A DNA stretch of 64,000 bases from Escherichia coli (GCF_030013595.1 NZ_CP122768.1), one strand, 5' to 3'. Counted from the stretch's first letter, positions 27,327 through 39,680 are shown. Numbers and translations are program-made. The notes: a model not told the origin generated them from the letters alone.

Positions 27327-27632
27327 TTACTTCACATCCTGCGGGAAATGCGCTTTGATCACTTCCAACAGTTTCGGGCCAAAGTCGGCAGGAGAGAGCA
27401 TGTTGCGCACACCAACCACGTATTTGTTGCCGGTCACGGTGATTTCGCCCGCAATGTGCGTAGAAGCGATGATGATATCCGCGCCGCTCAACTCGCTTTT
27501 GTATTCGCCAACCGCGCAGCTGTTTACCGTGTGGTCAATGTTTGATTGGGTTAAAAACTGGTCCACTTTCATCTTCATGATCATGGAACTGCCTTGTCCG
27601 TTGCCACACACAGCCAGAATACGTACGGTCAT
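27327..27632 (-). CDS. ulaB: Ascorbate-specific PTS EIIB component UlaB (101 aa from [16 protein letters not shown])
   Basis: ORF 27327-27638; CxNGxGSS phosphocysteine motif. Confidence 0.93.
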   Translation of the reverse strand: MTVRILAVCGNGQGSSMIMKMKVDQFLTQSNIDHTVNSCAVGEYKSELSGADIIIASTHIAGEITVTGNKYVVGVRNMLSPADFGPKLLEVIKAHFPQDVK

Positions 27633-27647
27633 AATCAAAACTCCTTA

Positions 27648-29102
<1,455 letters not shown>

Positions 29103-29399
29103 TCACTCTAATTTTCAAAAGTAATCACAACAAGATTATTTATGATTAAATGTGACGCGACCCGCAAATAATTCCACATGGATAGAGTGGGATTCACACA
29201 ACGAAATAATTATTCATTTAAATTCATTTAGTTAATTGAATTACACATTCCATTAAATCTTTCCACACTCAAAATCAACAACAACTTCCCTGGCAAAAAG
29301 TCAAAAAATGGTCATTGCCTTCCTGAAAAAATAGTGTCAGGATTAATCAAAACCAATCACATATTGATTCGAATTGAACTATCATGAAGGTAAATGGCG
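29103..29399. promoter_or_regulatory. Divergent ulaG / ulaABCDEF control region (AT-rich, ~300 bp)
   Basis: Long AT-rich intergenic segment between divergent ulaA and ulaG with repeated ttaat/attaa-type motifs; by established knowledge this region carries UlaR operators and CRP/IHF sites, but individual sites were not mapped here. Confidence 0.55.
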
Positions 29400-30464
29400 A
29401 TGAGTAAAGTGAAAAGTATCACCCGAGAATCCTGGATCCTGAGCACTTTCCCGGAGTGGGGTAGCTGGCTGAATGAAGAAATTGAACAAGAGCAGGTCGC
29501 CCCTGGCACATTTGCGATGTGGTGGCTAGGCTGCACCGGGATCTGGCTGAAATCAGAAGGTGGCACCAACGTTTGCGTTGATTTCTGGTGCGGCACTGGC
29601 AAACAAAGTCACGGTAACCCGTTAATGAAACAGGGTCACCAGATGCAGCGCATGGCTGGCGTGAAAAAACTGCAGCCAAACCTGCGCACCACCCCGTTTG
29701 TTCTTGATCCGTTTGCGATTCGCCAGATCGACGCGGTACTGGCGACTCACGATCACAACGATCATATCGACGTTAACGTCGCTGCTGCCGTGATGCAGAA
29801 CTGTGCTGATGACGTACCGTTCATTGGACCGAAAACCTGCGTTGATTTGTGGATTGGCTGGGGCGTACCGAAAGAGCGTTGCATCGTGGTCAAACCGGGC
29901 GATGTTGTAAAAGTGAAAGACATTGAAATTCATGCGCTTGACGCTTTCGACCGTACTGCACTGATCACCCTGCCTGCCGATCAAAAAGCGGCTGGCGTAC
30001 TGCCAGATGGCATGGACGATCGCGCAGTAAACTACCTGTTCAAAACCCCTGGCGGTTCCCTGTATCACAGTGGCGATTCCCACTACTCTAACTATTATGC
30101 GAAGCACGGTAACGAACATCAGATCGACGTGGCTTTAGGTTCATACGGCGAAAACCCGCGCGGTATTACCGACAAAATGACCAGCGCCGATATGCTGCGT
30201 ATGGGTGAAGCCCTGAATGCGAAAGTGGTTATCCCGTTCCACCACGACATCTGGTCAAACTTCCAGGCCGATCCGCAAGAAATCCGCGTGCTGTGGGAGA
30301 TGAAAAAAGATCGTCTGAAGTATGGCTTCAAGCCGTTTATCTGGCAGGTGGGCGGCAAATTTACCTGGCCGTTGGATAAAGACAACTTCGAGTACCACTA
30401 TCCGCGTGGTTTCGATGATTGCTTCACTATTGAACCGGATCTGCCGTTCAAGTCATTCCTGTAA
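29400..30464 (+). CDS. ulaG: L-ascorbate-6-phosphate lactonase UlaG (metallo-beta-lactamase fold), 354 aa
   Basis: [30 protein letters not shown]... HDHNDH metal-binding motif. Confidence 0.93.
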
Positions 30465-30571
30465 TCTGTCGTTTATACCGGATAGCGTGGAGTAGTTCGC
30501 GCTATCCGGCGTAGTATTTCCTGGCTATTTCAAATATCATCTAAAAAAATCAAATTTTATCGGAATAGCTC

Positions 30572-31327
30572 ATGACTGAAGCACAAAGACATCAAATCCT
30601 CCTGGAAATGCTCGCACAATTGGGCTTTGTGACCGTTGAGAAAGTCGTTGAGCGTCTGGGAATTTCGCCTGCCACTGCGCGACGCGATATCAATAAACTT
30701 GACGAAAGCGGCAAACTGAAAAAAGTGCGCAATGGCGCAGAAGCTATTACCCAACAGCGCCCGCGCTGGACGCCGATGAATCTGCATCAGGCGCAGAATC
30801 ACGATGAAAAAGTACGTATTGCTAAAGCGGCCTCGCAACTGGTTAATCCGGGCGAAAGCGTAGTCATCAACTGCGGCTCCACCGCGTTTCTGCTTGGGCG
30901 GGAAATGTGTGGCAAGCCAGTGCAAATCATCACTAATTATCTACCGCTGGCAAATTACCTGATCGATCAGGAGCATGACAGCGTGATCATTATGGGCGGA
31001 CAGTACAACAAAAGTCAGTCCATCACTTTAAGCCCGCAAGGCAGCGAAAACAGTCTCTATGCCGGGCACTGGATGTTTACCAGCGGCAAAGGGCTGACAG
31101 CAGAAGGGTTGTATAAAACCGATATGTTGACGGCAATGGCAGAGCAGAAGATGCTGAGCGTGGTAGGGAAACTGGTGGTACTGGTTGATAGCAGTAAGAT
31201 TGGCGAACGCGCGGGAATGCTTTTTAGCCGTGCCGATCAAATCGATATGCTGATCACCGGCAAAAATGCTAACCCGGAAATCCTGCAACAACTGGAAGCG
31301 CAAGGGGTCAGCATTCTGCGTGTTTAA
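30572..31327 (+). CDS. ulaR: DeoR-family repressor of the ula regulon UlaR, 251 aa
   Basis: [58 protein letters not shown]... N-terminal HTH. Confidence 0.93.
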
Positions 31328-32073
31328 AGATGCTGGCGGAAAAATGTCACGGCAGCATCTAACGCCTCAGGCGTAATGCGGTGACGCACGCCTGGCTGCC
31401 ATGAACAGGTTAGCAGTTTATCCCGTCCCGTCTCGCTTAAGGCCTGCTGCAAACGTAGTGATTCGTCGGCAGGCACGACGTCATCGTCAAGGCCATGCCA
31501 CAGCAGTAGAGGTCTGTCACCAAGTTGTTCCAGGTGGTTTGTCGCTTCCCACTCTGCCAGCGGCGCGACAATGTTATTGAATTCATTCTGCTGTGCTGCC
31601 GTTTCAGGTATCAGCGGTGGAAACAGTGAACGGGCGAGCGATGTAAAATAGCCCGATCCCATCATGCTGGCGGTACATTTCACCGTGGGGTGGCGAGCGG
31701 TAATTCCCAGTGCCGTCATCGCGCCCATCGACGCGCCACCGACTGCCAGACGGTCAGCAAGCAGCCAGTTTTCTTCGGCTATTGCCGCACGTAACGTAGT
31801 GAATTCCTGCATACTTTGTAGCAAAATTTGCCAAAATTGATTTAACCGCCGCGCTGCGTCGCCCCTAAAACGGCTACCGTGATCGGGCGCATCCGGCATG
31901 ATCACCCGCAAACCAGCCTGCGCCAGCGCAACGGCAAAATAGCTATACACCAGACTGGACGAAGTAAAGCCGTGATAAAAAATCGCGCACGGTAACGGGG
32001 TATCTTTTTGCCCGACAGGATAAGCATGAAGAACGGGAATATCTGCCAGCTCGCGTGATTCTATTTCAATCAT
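31324..32073 (-). CDS. yjfP: Esterase YjfP (alpha/beta hydrolase), 249 aa
   Basis: [39 protein letters not shown]... GxSxG-type motif GGASMGAM. Confidence 0.9.
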
Positions 32074-32254
32074 CTGTCTCTCCTTTTTGTCTGGTATGAC
32101 ATGAAGAAATCCTTAGCACAAGTTTCTGCTGGCGGTATTAGTTCATAATGTTGAGATGTGGGTTACGCTTTCGTCACGTTTTCATTCGAAAATCGCGTAC
32201 CAGGTAACAATTCGGGAACATTCCCCCAAAGTTAAATTAATAAGGCACTACACT

Positions 32255-32584
32255 ATGGTTAGCAGGAAACGTAATAGCGTTATTTACCGGTTTGCCAGTT
32301 TATTATTGGTGTTAATGTTAAGTGCCTGTAGCGCACTGCAAGGTACGCCACAGCCAGCACCGCCAGTAACGGACCATCCGCAAGAGATTCGCCGCGACCA
32401 GACGCAAGGGTTACAGCGAATAGGTAGCGTAAGCACGATGGTTCGGGGTTCTCCGGATGACGCATTAGCAGAAATCAGAGCGAAAGCTGTCGCTGCAAAA
32501 GCTGATTATTACGTTGTCGTCATGGTGGACGAAACCATCGTGACAGGACAGTGGTATTCACAAGCCATTTTGTACCGTAAATAA
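32255..32584 (+). CDS. bsmA: Lipoprotein BsmA/YjfO (biofilm stress and motility), 109 aa from MVSRKRN
   Basis: ORF 32156-32584; lipobox LSACS, DUF1471-like C-terminal domain. Confidence 0.85.
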   Translation: MVSRKRNSVIYRFASLLLVLMLSACSALQGTPQPAPPVTDHPQEIRRDQTQGLQRIGSVSTMVRGSPDDALAEIRAKAVAAKADYYVVVMVDETIVTGQWYSQAILYRK

Positions 32585-32732
32585 ATCAGACAACTTACAT
32601 AGTCAGCTTTACATTGCTTTGCGTCCCTATGCGTTTACCTGTGCACAATAAATTACCGGCTGGAAGCTCGGGCGTTTATTACCGCGATGGAATGCCCTGC
32701 AACATGTGGGGAAACGAAAAATGGAGCTGACG

Positions 32733-33008
32733 ATGAAACAATTACTTGCCTCACCCTCGCTGCAATTAGTGACTTATCCTGCGAGCGCCACGGCACAGTC
32801 TGCAGAATTCGCCAGTGCTGACTGCGTGACGGGCCTGAATGAAATAGGTCAGATCTCAGTTAGCAATATTTCAGGGGATCCGCAGGACGTGGAACGTATC
32901 GTGGCGTTAAAGGCCGATGAACAAGGTGCGTCATGGTACCGCATTATTACCATGTACGAAGACCAGCAGCCTGATAACTGGCGCGTACAGGCGATACTGT
33001 ATGCATGA
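32733..33008 (+). CDS. yjfN: Small DUF1471 protein YjfN (91 aa from MKQLLASP)
   Basis: ORF 32706-33008. Confidence 0.82.
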   Translation: MKQLLASPSLQLVTYPASATAQSAEFASADCVTGLNEIGQISVSNISGDPQDVERIVALKADEQGASWYRIITMYEDQQPDNWRVQAILYA

Positions 33009-33032
33009 GTATCATCTACAGCAAATGAACAA

Positions 33033-33070
33033 TGCCGGATGCGGCGCGAGCGCCTTGTCCGGCCTACAAT
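33033..33070. repeat. REP palindromic unit
   Basis: gccggatgcggcgcgagcgccttgtccggcctacaa between convergent yjfN and aidB. Confidence 0.7.
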
Positions 33071-33124
33071 TTTCACATATTTCATTGAGTTAATTGAAAC
33101 CAGCGTTGCATCAGTCGTATACGC

Positions 33125-34750
33125 TTACACACACACTCCCCCCGTCGCCCGCAGCAATAAATCATTCTGGATCTGCTCTGACAACCGTACGCCGCCGCGC
33201 GTATCTAACATCACCTGACACCACGCCTGCGCCATTGGCGGAGAGGCATATTTCAACATTTGCGCACCGCAGCCCAGCAGGAATAGCTGATGAGTAATCT
33301 CTCGCCCCAGTTCTTCAGCTGGCTTACGCAGCTGCTGTTGTAAACGACGTACCGCGCGATCAAAATAGCGATCCTGCCCTTTCACTTCCACAAATGCTTC
33401 CGATAATAAGTCGTATACACCCGCTTGCTTATTGAGCACGCGCAGTACATCCAGGCACATAATATTACCGGAACCTTCCCAAATACTGTTTACCGGCATC
33501 TCCCGGTAAAGCCGCGGCAGCTCGCTCTCCTCGCTATAACCAATGCCGCCCAGCACCTCCATCGCTTCGGCCACAAACGGCATACCTCGTTTGCAGATCA
33601 CAAATTTCGCCGCAGGCGTAAATAAACGCGCCCACAGGGCTTCTTTGGCATCGGCACGCCGGTCCCACGCTCGCGCAAGACGAAACAGCAACGCCGTTTG
33701 CCCTTCAAGCTGAAGTGCCATGCGACTTAAGACATGACGCATAAGGGGCTGTTGGATCAATGGATTACCAAAAACATGGCGTTGATGGGCATGATAAATC
33801 GCCAGCGAAAATGCACGGCGCATCATGGCATGGCTACCCAGGGCGCAATCAAAACGCGTCATCCCACCCATTTTCAGGATCAGACGAATTCCTTCCCCTT
33901 CCTGCCCCAACAACCAGCCAATGGCATCCTGAAACTCCACTTCGCAGCTGGCGTTAGAGCGATTACCCAGCTTATCTTTCAGCCGCTCGAGGCGAATCGC
34001 GTTGCGTTGCCCGTCAGGCAAAAAGCGCGGCACAAAAAAGCAGGACAAACCGCCCGTAGTCTGCGCCAGCACCAGATGCGCATCGCTTTGCGGCACCGAG
34101 AAAAACCATTTATGCCCCACCAGCCGATAAGAGCCATCTTCCAGGCGCTCTGCGCGGGTGGTGTTGCTCATGACATCGGAACCGCCCTGCTTTTCCGTCA
34201 TTCCCATGCCAATCAACAAACCGCGTTTTTGCCCACCTGGCAATAAGTGAGAATCGTAGCGATCGCTCAACAGCGGCGTGCTCCAGTCCTGAAACGGCGC
34301 GGGTAACATCTGTAACAGCAATGGCGTGGCGGCAAAGGTCATCGTTATCGGACATAACGACCCTGCCTCAACCTGTGCGTGCAACATCAAACGCGCCGCG
34401 CGCGCCACAAATGCGCCGGAGCGAGCGTCTTCTTCCCAGGCAAGATTGTGCACCCGATTGGTACATAGCGCCTGCATCAATAGGTGCCAGGCGGGGTGAA
34501 AACGCACATCGTCCAGACGCCGCCCCTGGGCATCGTAGCGCAATAATTCAGGCGGATTCACATTCGCCAGCCGCCCCAGTTCAAGGGATTCAGCCGTTCC
34601 TAACTGCTGACCAATACTGGCTAGAAAATCGCTATCCCAGCCAGCACCTTCACGCGTTACCGCTTCGCAGAGCGCGCCATCAGACAGGTATAAGTTGCTG
34701 TTATTTAATGGTATAGGTTGATTAAAAACGGTGTGAGTTTGCCAGTGCAC
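33125..34750 (-). CDS. aidB: Adaptive-response acyl-CoA-dehydrogenase-like protein AidB (541 aa from GTG start at VHWQTH)
   Basis: ORF 33125-34768; acyl-CoA dehydrogenase family with FAD-binding region and C-terminal DNA-binding tail. Confidence 0.9.
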   Translation of the reverse strand: MHWQTHTVFNQPIPLNNSNLYLSDGALCEAVTREGAGWDSDFLASIGQQLGTAESLELGRLANVNPPELLRYDAQGRRLDDVRFHPAWHLLMQALCTNRVHNLAWEEDARSGAFVARAARLMLHAQVEAGSLCPITMTFAATPLLLQMLPAPFQDWSTPLLSDRYDSHLLPGGQKRGLLIGMGMTEKQGGSDVMSNTTRAERLEDGSYRLVGHKWFFSVPQSDAHLVLAQTTGGLSCFFVPRFLPDGQRNAIRLERLKDKLGNRSNASCEVEFQDAIGWLLGQEGEGIRLILKMGGMTRFDCALGSHAMMRRAFSLAIYHAHQRHVFGNPLIQQPLMRHVLSRMALQLEGQTALLFRLARAWDRRADAKEALWARLFTPAAKFVICKRGMPFVAEAMEVLGGIGYSEESELPRLYREMPVNSIWEGSGNIMCLDVLRVLNKQAGVYDLLSEAFVEVKGQDRYFDRAVRRLQQQLRKPAEELGREITHQLFLLGCGAQMLKYASPPMAQAWCQVMLDTRGGVRLSEQIQNDLLLRATGGVCV

Positions 34751-34833
34751 TGTGTCTCCCTCCATCAATGGCAGTCACCCTTAGTATGGTCACTGCCATG
34801 GATTCCTGACAGAAAGAGATTGCTAAAACATTC

Positions 34834-35997
34834 TTATCCAGCAATGTAATGCGGAACGAAACGTGAGGTGTCTTTGGTGATCAGCGTGTTATCTTCACGG
34901 ATCCCCATTCCGCACGCTTCATCATCGACAATCCAGCTACCGATGAGTGTGTAGCTATCGCCAAATCGCGGCAGAGGTTGAAGCGCCTGGTAGATCATCG
35001 GTTCATCGGCGTAATCACCATCAGCGTGGTCAACGACGTTATTCTGACCGTCGAAAATGGTGACGTTTCCGCCTTCGCGTGAGTAGATCGGTTTACGCAC
35101 ATAGCTTTCGCCAGCGGCAATCTGCGGTTTTTCGCCCTCAAACCAGGATGCAAGAAGGTTAGGATGACCAGGAAAGAAACGCCAAAGCAGCGGCATTAAC
35201 CCTTTGTTGCTCAAGATACTTTTCCATAACGGCTCCACCCATTGCTCGCGGCGCTTGCGCAGCAGCGGACCGTTATCGTCACGCATCATCCACTCCAGCG
35301 GATACAGCTTAAATGCACGCTGGATGACATTATCATCAAGATCGGTCAGCACACCGCCGACGCCCAAACCGAGATCTTCAATGTAGATAAACCGCGACTC
35401 CTGCCCTGCCTGCTGGGCGCAGTCCTGCAAGTACAGCACGGTACTCCTGTCTTCATCGGTGTCCTGACAGCAGCAAAAATAAAACGGTTCCCGACTGTAA
35501 AGCTCACTAAAGCGCGAAATCAGGCGTTCCTGAATAGCATTGTACTGATCGGCATCACGCGGAATAATGCCGCTGCGCCGGGCATCCTCCAGCCACAGCC
35601 ACTGGAAATAAGCCGATTCATACAACGAGGTTGGCGTATCGGCGTTGTACTCCAGCAGCTTCACCGGCGCATTGCCACACCAGGCAAAATCCATCCGGCC
35701 ATAGAGCGAAGGATCGCGTGCGCGCCAGCTTTCGGCGATCACATCCCAGTACAACGGCGGGATCGCCAGTTGCGTCAGGATCTCTTCGTCTTTAACCGCG
35801 CGATCCACCACCTCAAGGCACATCTGATGCAGTTCCGCAGTTGGTTTTTCGATCTGCTCTTCAATCTGACGCAGGGTAAAGCGGTAAGCCCGACTCTCAT
35901 CCCAATAGATTTCATTGTCGATGATATGAAAGTCGAAACCGTTGTCAGCGGCGATCTGGTCCAGATCCCACCGTACAGGAACGTTGTGTCTCAGCAT
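34834..35997 (-). CDS. yjfC: Glutathionylspermidine-synthetase-like (ATP-grasp type) protein YjfC, 387 aa from MLRHNVPVRW
   Basis: ORF 34834-36012. Confidence 0.85.
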   Translation of the reverse strand: MLRHNVPVRWDLDQIAADNGFDFHIIDNEIYWDESRAYRFTLRQIEEQIEKPTAELHQMCLEVVDRAVKDEEILTQLAIPPLYWDVIAESWRARDPSLYGRMDFAWCGNAPVKLLEYNADTPTSLYESAYFQWLWLEDARRSGIIPRDADQYNAIQERLISRFSELYSREPFYFCCCQDTDEDRSTVLYLQDCAQQAGQESRFIYIEDLGLGVGGVLTDLDDNVIQRAFKLYPLEWMMRDDNGPLLRKRREQWVEPLWKSILSNKGLMPLLWRFFPGHPNLLASWFEGEKPQIAAGESYVRKPIYSREGGNVTIFDGQNNVVDHADGDYADEPMIYQALQPLPRFGDSYTLIGSWIVDDEACGMGIREDNTLITKDTSRFVPHYIAG

Positions 35998-35999
35998 GA

Positions 36000-36638
36000 T
36001 TAGCCTCCCCAATGCCCACGGGCGCTGGAAGAACGACCATAGCCGCCGCGAGAAACGGTTGACGCTTTTTTGGTGGTAAAGCCGCCCGAAGAATAGGACT
36101 CTTTTTTGCCAGAACCGGAGCGCCAGGAGTAATCACCGGAAGTGTTGCGCCAGACGGGGCGCGAAGCAAAAGAGGAACCGCCGCTGTTATACACAAACTG
36201 CTCGTCGCGATCTTTACGAATAACCCGGCTTAACAAAAATCCAGAAACAACCGGGATCCAACTCTGTTCAACGTTGTCGTAGTAACAATTTTCATACTTA
36301 GACTGACAATTCTGCTGAGTCATATTCTTCGGAACATCGGCATAAAACGCCGCTTTGGCGTTGTTCCAGCCATGAGCACAGATATCTGAATTATTACCGT
36401 CATCAATACAATCCTGCACAGTCGAGTAAAACGTTCCGTCGCCGTCGTTATCGACATCGCCACTATCGCCACAACCTTTCAATACGAAAAAAGCGGCACC
36501 GCCCATTAGCGCCAACGTTAAGTATTTTTGTGCGTAACGATTGCGACGCGGTTCAAAAGGATTATTCGGTCTACCAATGCGACTGATCGCTCCGTGACCA
36601 ATTTTACTGTTATTTCTTGATTTGCGTTTTCTGGCCAT
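36000..36638 (-). CDS. yjfM: DUF1190 protein YjfM, 212 aa
   Basis: MARKRKSRNNSKIGHGAISRIGRPNNPFEPRRNRYAQKYLTLALMGGAAFFVLKGC...; Gly/Ser-rich C-terminus. Confidence 0.85.
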   Translation of the reverse strand: MARKRKSRNNSKIGHGAISRIGRPNNPFEPRRNRYAQKYLTLALMGGAAFFVLKGCGDSGDVDNDGDGTFYSTVQDCIDDGNNSDICAHGWNNAKAAFYADVPKNMTQQNCQSKYENCYYDNVEQSWIPVVSGFLLSRVIRKDRDEQFVYNSGGSSFASRPVWRNTSGDYSWRSGSGKKESYSSGGFTTKKASTVSRGGYGRSSSARGHWGG

Positions 36639-36647
36639 GATCGTCCA

Positions 36648-37046
36648 TTACCATGTCATACAAGCTGCGTTAAAAATACCGCCAGCCAGTGCGGCGGTTC
36701 CCATAAACATTCCTGCTGCGGTATTGTGATTAATAATTTTTTCGCTTAATGCGGGCATATAAAGTCTGACGCCAGCAAAAACGAGTAACTGAATCACCAG
36801 TGCGATCCCGCCCCAGGCGAAATAGTCTGGAATACTCACCGCATTGATTGCCGCACTGGATAAGGGGATCACGTAACCCAACAATGTACCGCTGAACGCC
36901 AGTGACGCCGCGGTATTATTGTTTTTGATTAACTGCCATTCGTTGTGCGGTGTAATTTTAGAATAGATAAACAGAAAAATAATCACCATAGCCACGCCAA
37001 TAAAAAAATAGGCACTAAAGGCAAGAAGAGAATCCAGTATATGCAT
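36648..37046 (-). CDS. yjfL: DUF350 inner-membrane protein YjfL (132 aa from MHILDSLL)
   Basis: ORF 36648-37127; four hydrophobic helices. Confidence 0.85.
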   Translation of the reverse strand: MHILDSLLAFSAYFFIGVAMVIIFLFIYSKITPHNEWQLIKNNNTAASLAFSGTLLGYVIPLSSAAINAVSIPDYFAWGGIALVIQLLVFAGVRLYMPALSEKIINHNTAAGMFMGTAALAGGIFNAACMTW

Positions 37047-37063
37047 TGTAAACGTCCTTGTAA

Positions 37064-37723
37064 TTAACCAATAATATGAAGTGATGTCAGCGGGATATCG
37101 ACACCCAACGCGCGCGAAAATAACCACTCTGGCTCGCCGAGATCGTTAAAAGATTCCTCACCATTTAGCAGCAAATATTCGTAAGTATCTTCGGTTACTT
37201 GCCGTTGGTAGCCCATGGTAAAATTATGTACTTCCCATTTGGCATGGTTTTGATTTTCTACTTTTTCCAGCATGTAGACGGGTTCGATATTTCCCGGTTC
37301 TTCGCTGTTAAAAAATCGCTGCCAGCGTTTTTCCTGCCAGTTTAAGGTCATTGCCCCCATCGCTTTGGCATTGATCGTCTCGCGCCAGTGACTCTCTTTA
37401 CTGATACCGTAGCTCTCTTCATAGACAAAGAGCTTGATATCATCAATGTCATCAATATTTTCGCCGCCGGTGGTATTGATTTGCAGAAACTCATCGCCTG
37501 AAGTGTAGTAGCGGAAAATCTGGCTACCGCCGCCCAGATCGATGTGACTGACAGCGGCTACCGTAAATTCCTCACCCGGCAGCGCAATCAGCAATTCATC
37601 TTCCAGCAAACGAAATGCTAACGTGTCGAGCGTAAAGCCACTATTGAGATGCAGACCCAGCGGACCGCGAGCGATAGCAGGCTTATTATCCTTGCCAAAG
37701 AGACGCTGGAAAAAACCAGACAT
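37064..37723 (-). CDS. yjfK: DUF2491 protein YjfK, 219 aa
   Basis: MSGFFQRLFGKDNKPAIARGPLGLHLNSGFTLDTLAFRLLEDELLIALPGEEFTVAAVSHIDLGGG... Confidence 0.85.
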   Translation of the reverse strand: MSGFFQRLFGKDNKPAIARGPLGLHLNSGFTLDTLAFRLLEDELLIALPGEEFTVAAVSHIDLGGGSQIFRYYTSGDEFLQINTTGGENIDDIDDIKLFVYEESYGISKESHWRETINAKAMGAMTLNWQEKRWQRFFNSEEPGNIEPVYMLEKVENQNHAKWEVHNFTMGYQRQVTEDTYEYLLLNGEESFNDLGEPEWLFSRALGVDIPLTSLHIIG

Positions 37724-37772
37724 ATTTTATCCTTAAAATAGTTGCCAGCCTTGCAGTGAGGCTGGCAAAAAA

Positions 37773-38471
37773 TTACTCGCCCTGTTGGCGTTGCAGTCTT
37801 GCTAATACATCCTGGGCGCTACTTTTATTGCTACCGCCTATTCCGGCTTCCGCCAGCTTTTCATCAAGATCGCGACCGTCTGCGACTTTTTCCAACTGTG
37901 CAGCAGCATCCAGGCGAGCCTGACGTTCGGCCTGACGCGTTTGCAGGCGTTTTAAGGATTCTGCCGCTGTCGAAACGCTGGAAGATGCGCCAACGGTAGA
38001 GGTCGTTACAGCCTGTTGTGCACGCTGCATGGCTTCAGTAGCTTTAACGACTTCCATTTGCTGCTCAAACTGAGCGATACGCTGCGCTGTCGCTGTAACT
38101 GCTTTTTCCACGCCATCACGAGAGACTTCCAGATTCGACAACACTTGCTCTTCAGCGGTAATGAGATTCTCAAGGCGCGCGATTTCTTCAGCAACTTCGT
38201 TAATCAACGACGGATTAACGTTCTTGCTTAACGCTTCCAGCGCACGGGCTTCCAGACTGGCTTTGCGCTCACGTAAATCTTTCAGCTTATCGTGACTTAA
38301 TTTCACCCGCGCCAGCAGATCAACGCGAGATTTTCCGGCTTTATCGAGTTCAGCTTTAGCGTCACGAATATGCTGTTCCAGCATGCGCACGCCCTGGGTT
38401 TCTTCAATGGATTCTTCCGCCTGAGAGATAAACGATTTCCCCAGCGTAAATAAACTTTTTAAAATTCCCAT
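37773..38471 (-). CDS. yjfJ: PspA/IM30 (ESCRT-III-like) family protein YjfJ, 232 aa
   Basis: MGILKSLFTLGKSFISQAEESIEETQGVRMLEQHIRDAKAELDKAGKSRVDLLARVKLSHDKL... long coiled-coil with PspA-like N-terminus. Confidence 0.88.
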   Translation of the reverse strand: MGILKSLFTLGKSFISQAEESIEETQGVRMLEQHIRDAKAELDKAGKSRVDLLARVKLSHDKLKDLRERKASLEARALEALSKNVNPSLINEVAEEIARLENLITAEEQVLSNLEVSRDGVEKAVTATAQRIAQFEQQMEVVKATEAMQRAQQAVTTSTVGASSSVSTAAESLKRLQTRQAERQARLDAAAQLEKVADGRDLDEKLAEAGIGGSNKSSAQDVLARLQRQQGE

Positions 38472-38489
38472 AAATACCCGTCCTTGTAA

Positions 38490-38891
38490 TTAGAGTGAAT
38501 ATTCTTCTGTAATTTCAGCCAGATCCAATGCGTTATCTACCAGCGAGGTTATCTCAAGCAGGATATCTTCAAGAGAAGATTTAAGCGATAACGCCCCGAA
38601 AACAATGTAATACTCTTCATGTTGCACGCTGGAGATCCCTACCGATGACAACGGCATCATCTTCTGATTTCTTAATAAGAAGGTATTAAATTCATCTGGA
38701 TTGCTGATACTACTTACCGGACAAATAAAGGTTTCGATAATCATTTGGCGGGAAGTAAATAGAATATTGATTTGCAAATCGCCATAATCATTCATTTTAA
38801 TAATTAATGCGTTCTCGCCATTTGTTACATCAATATTTTGTTCAGGTACAGTTTGCAGCGCCGTCGCCAGCGCCAACGGATTCCATGTCAT
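38490..38891 (-). CDS. yjfI: DUF2170 protein YjfI, 133 aa
   Basis: MTWNPLALATALQTVPEQNIDVTNGENALIIKMNDYGDLQINILFTSRQMIIETFICPVSSI... Confidence 0.85.
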   Translation of the reverse strand: MTWNPLALATALQTVPEQNIDVTNGENALIIKMNDYGDLQINILFTSRQMIIETFICPVSSISNPDEFNTFLLRNQKMMPLSSVGISSVQHEEYYIVFGALSLKSSLEDILLEITSLVDNALDLAEITEEYSL

Positions 38892-38959
38892 ATATTATTC
38901 CATATAAATTAAGTTTAAATATTAATAAAATGAATATTTGCAGTACGTAATTATCTTAC

Positions 38960-39680
38960 CAGCTATAGACAAATAAATATCCTCCGGCATAGCCGGAGGT
39001 TTTTCAAATGCGCCTGTAAGGCTCTGTTACCAGCCGCGCCCTAACAGGCGCATACGATCTGACATTTGCATTCAACTTCGTTACTTACGGCCCGTAAACG
39101 GGCTGCCCGGATATGGAATCGATAACTGCTCCCCCATTTTATCCTCTTCAAGCTGGTGCTTTATGTAGTCCTGTATCTTCGCCGTGTTCTTACCCACCGT
39201 ATCGACATAGTACCCTCGGCACCAGAACTCCCTGTTTCTGTATTTGAATTTCAAATCCCCAAACTGCTCGTAAAGCATCAGACTGCTTTTCCCTTTCAGA
39301 TATCCCATAAAGCCGGATACGCTCATTTTGGGTGGGATTTCCACAAGCATATGGATATGATCTGCGCAGCACTCTGCTTCCAGAATCCGTACGCTTTTCC
39401 ACTCACACAGCTTTCTCAAAATACTGCCTATCGCCCTACGCTTCTCTCCGTAAAACGCCAGTCTTCGGTATTTCGGCGCAAAAACTATGTGATATTTACA
39501 GTTCCAGCGGGTGTGCGCTAAGCTCTTTTCGTCCCCCATTGGGACCCCCTTTTGATTTCTTGTTTGACACTTGCAGTTGCCAGACCGCAAGGTGTTTTAA
39601 CAAATCAAAAGGGGTTTTAATAACTGGCTCAAAGCTGAAAGCTTTCCGGAACCCCCAGCCTAGCTGGGGGTTTTCTGTGC
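38960..39680 (-). mobile_element. IS200: IS200-type insertion sequence (single tnpA, ~0.7 kb); boundaries approximate
   Basis: tnpA reading frame with IS200-type protein sequence; hairpins near both ends (cccccagcctagctggggg at 39651-39669; cctccggcatagccggagg at ~38969-38991); lies between the rlmB terminator and the yjfI start. Confidence 0.7.
39081..39539 (-). CDS. tnpA: IS200 Y1 (HuH) transposase TnpA, 152 aa from MGDEKSLAHTRWNCKYHIVFAPKYRR
   Basis: ORF 39081-39590; HuH motif HIHMLVEIPP, conserved PKYRR and C-terminal Tyr region (KIQDYIKHQ). Confidence 0.88.
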   Translation of the reverse strand: MGDEKSLAHTRWNCKYHIVFAPKYRRLAFYGEKRRAIGSILRKLCEWKSVRILEAECCADHIHMLVEIPPKMSVSGFMGYLKGKSSLMLYEQFGDLKFKYRNREFWCRGYYVDTVGKNTAKIQDYIKHQLEEDKMGEQLSIPYPGSPFTGRK

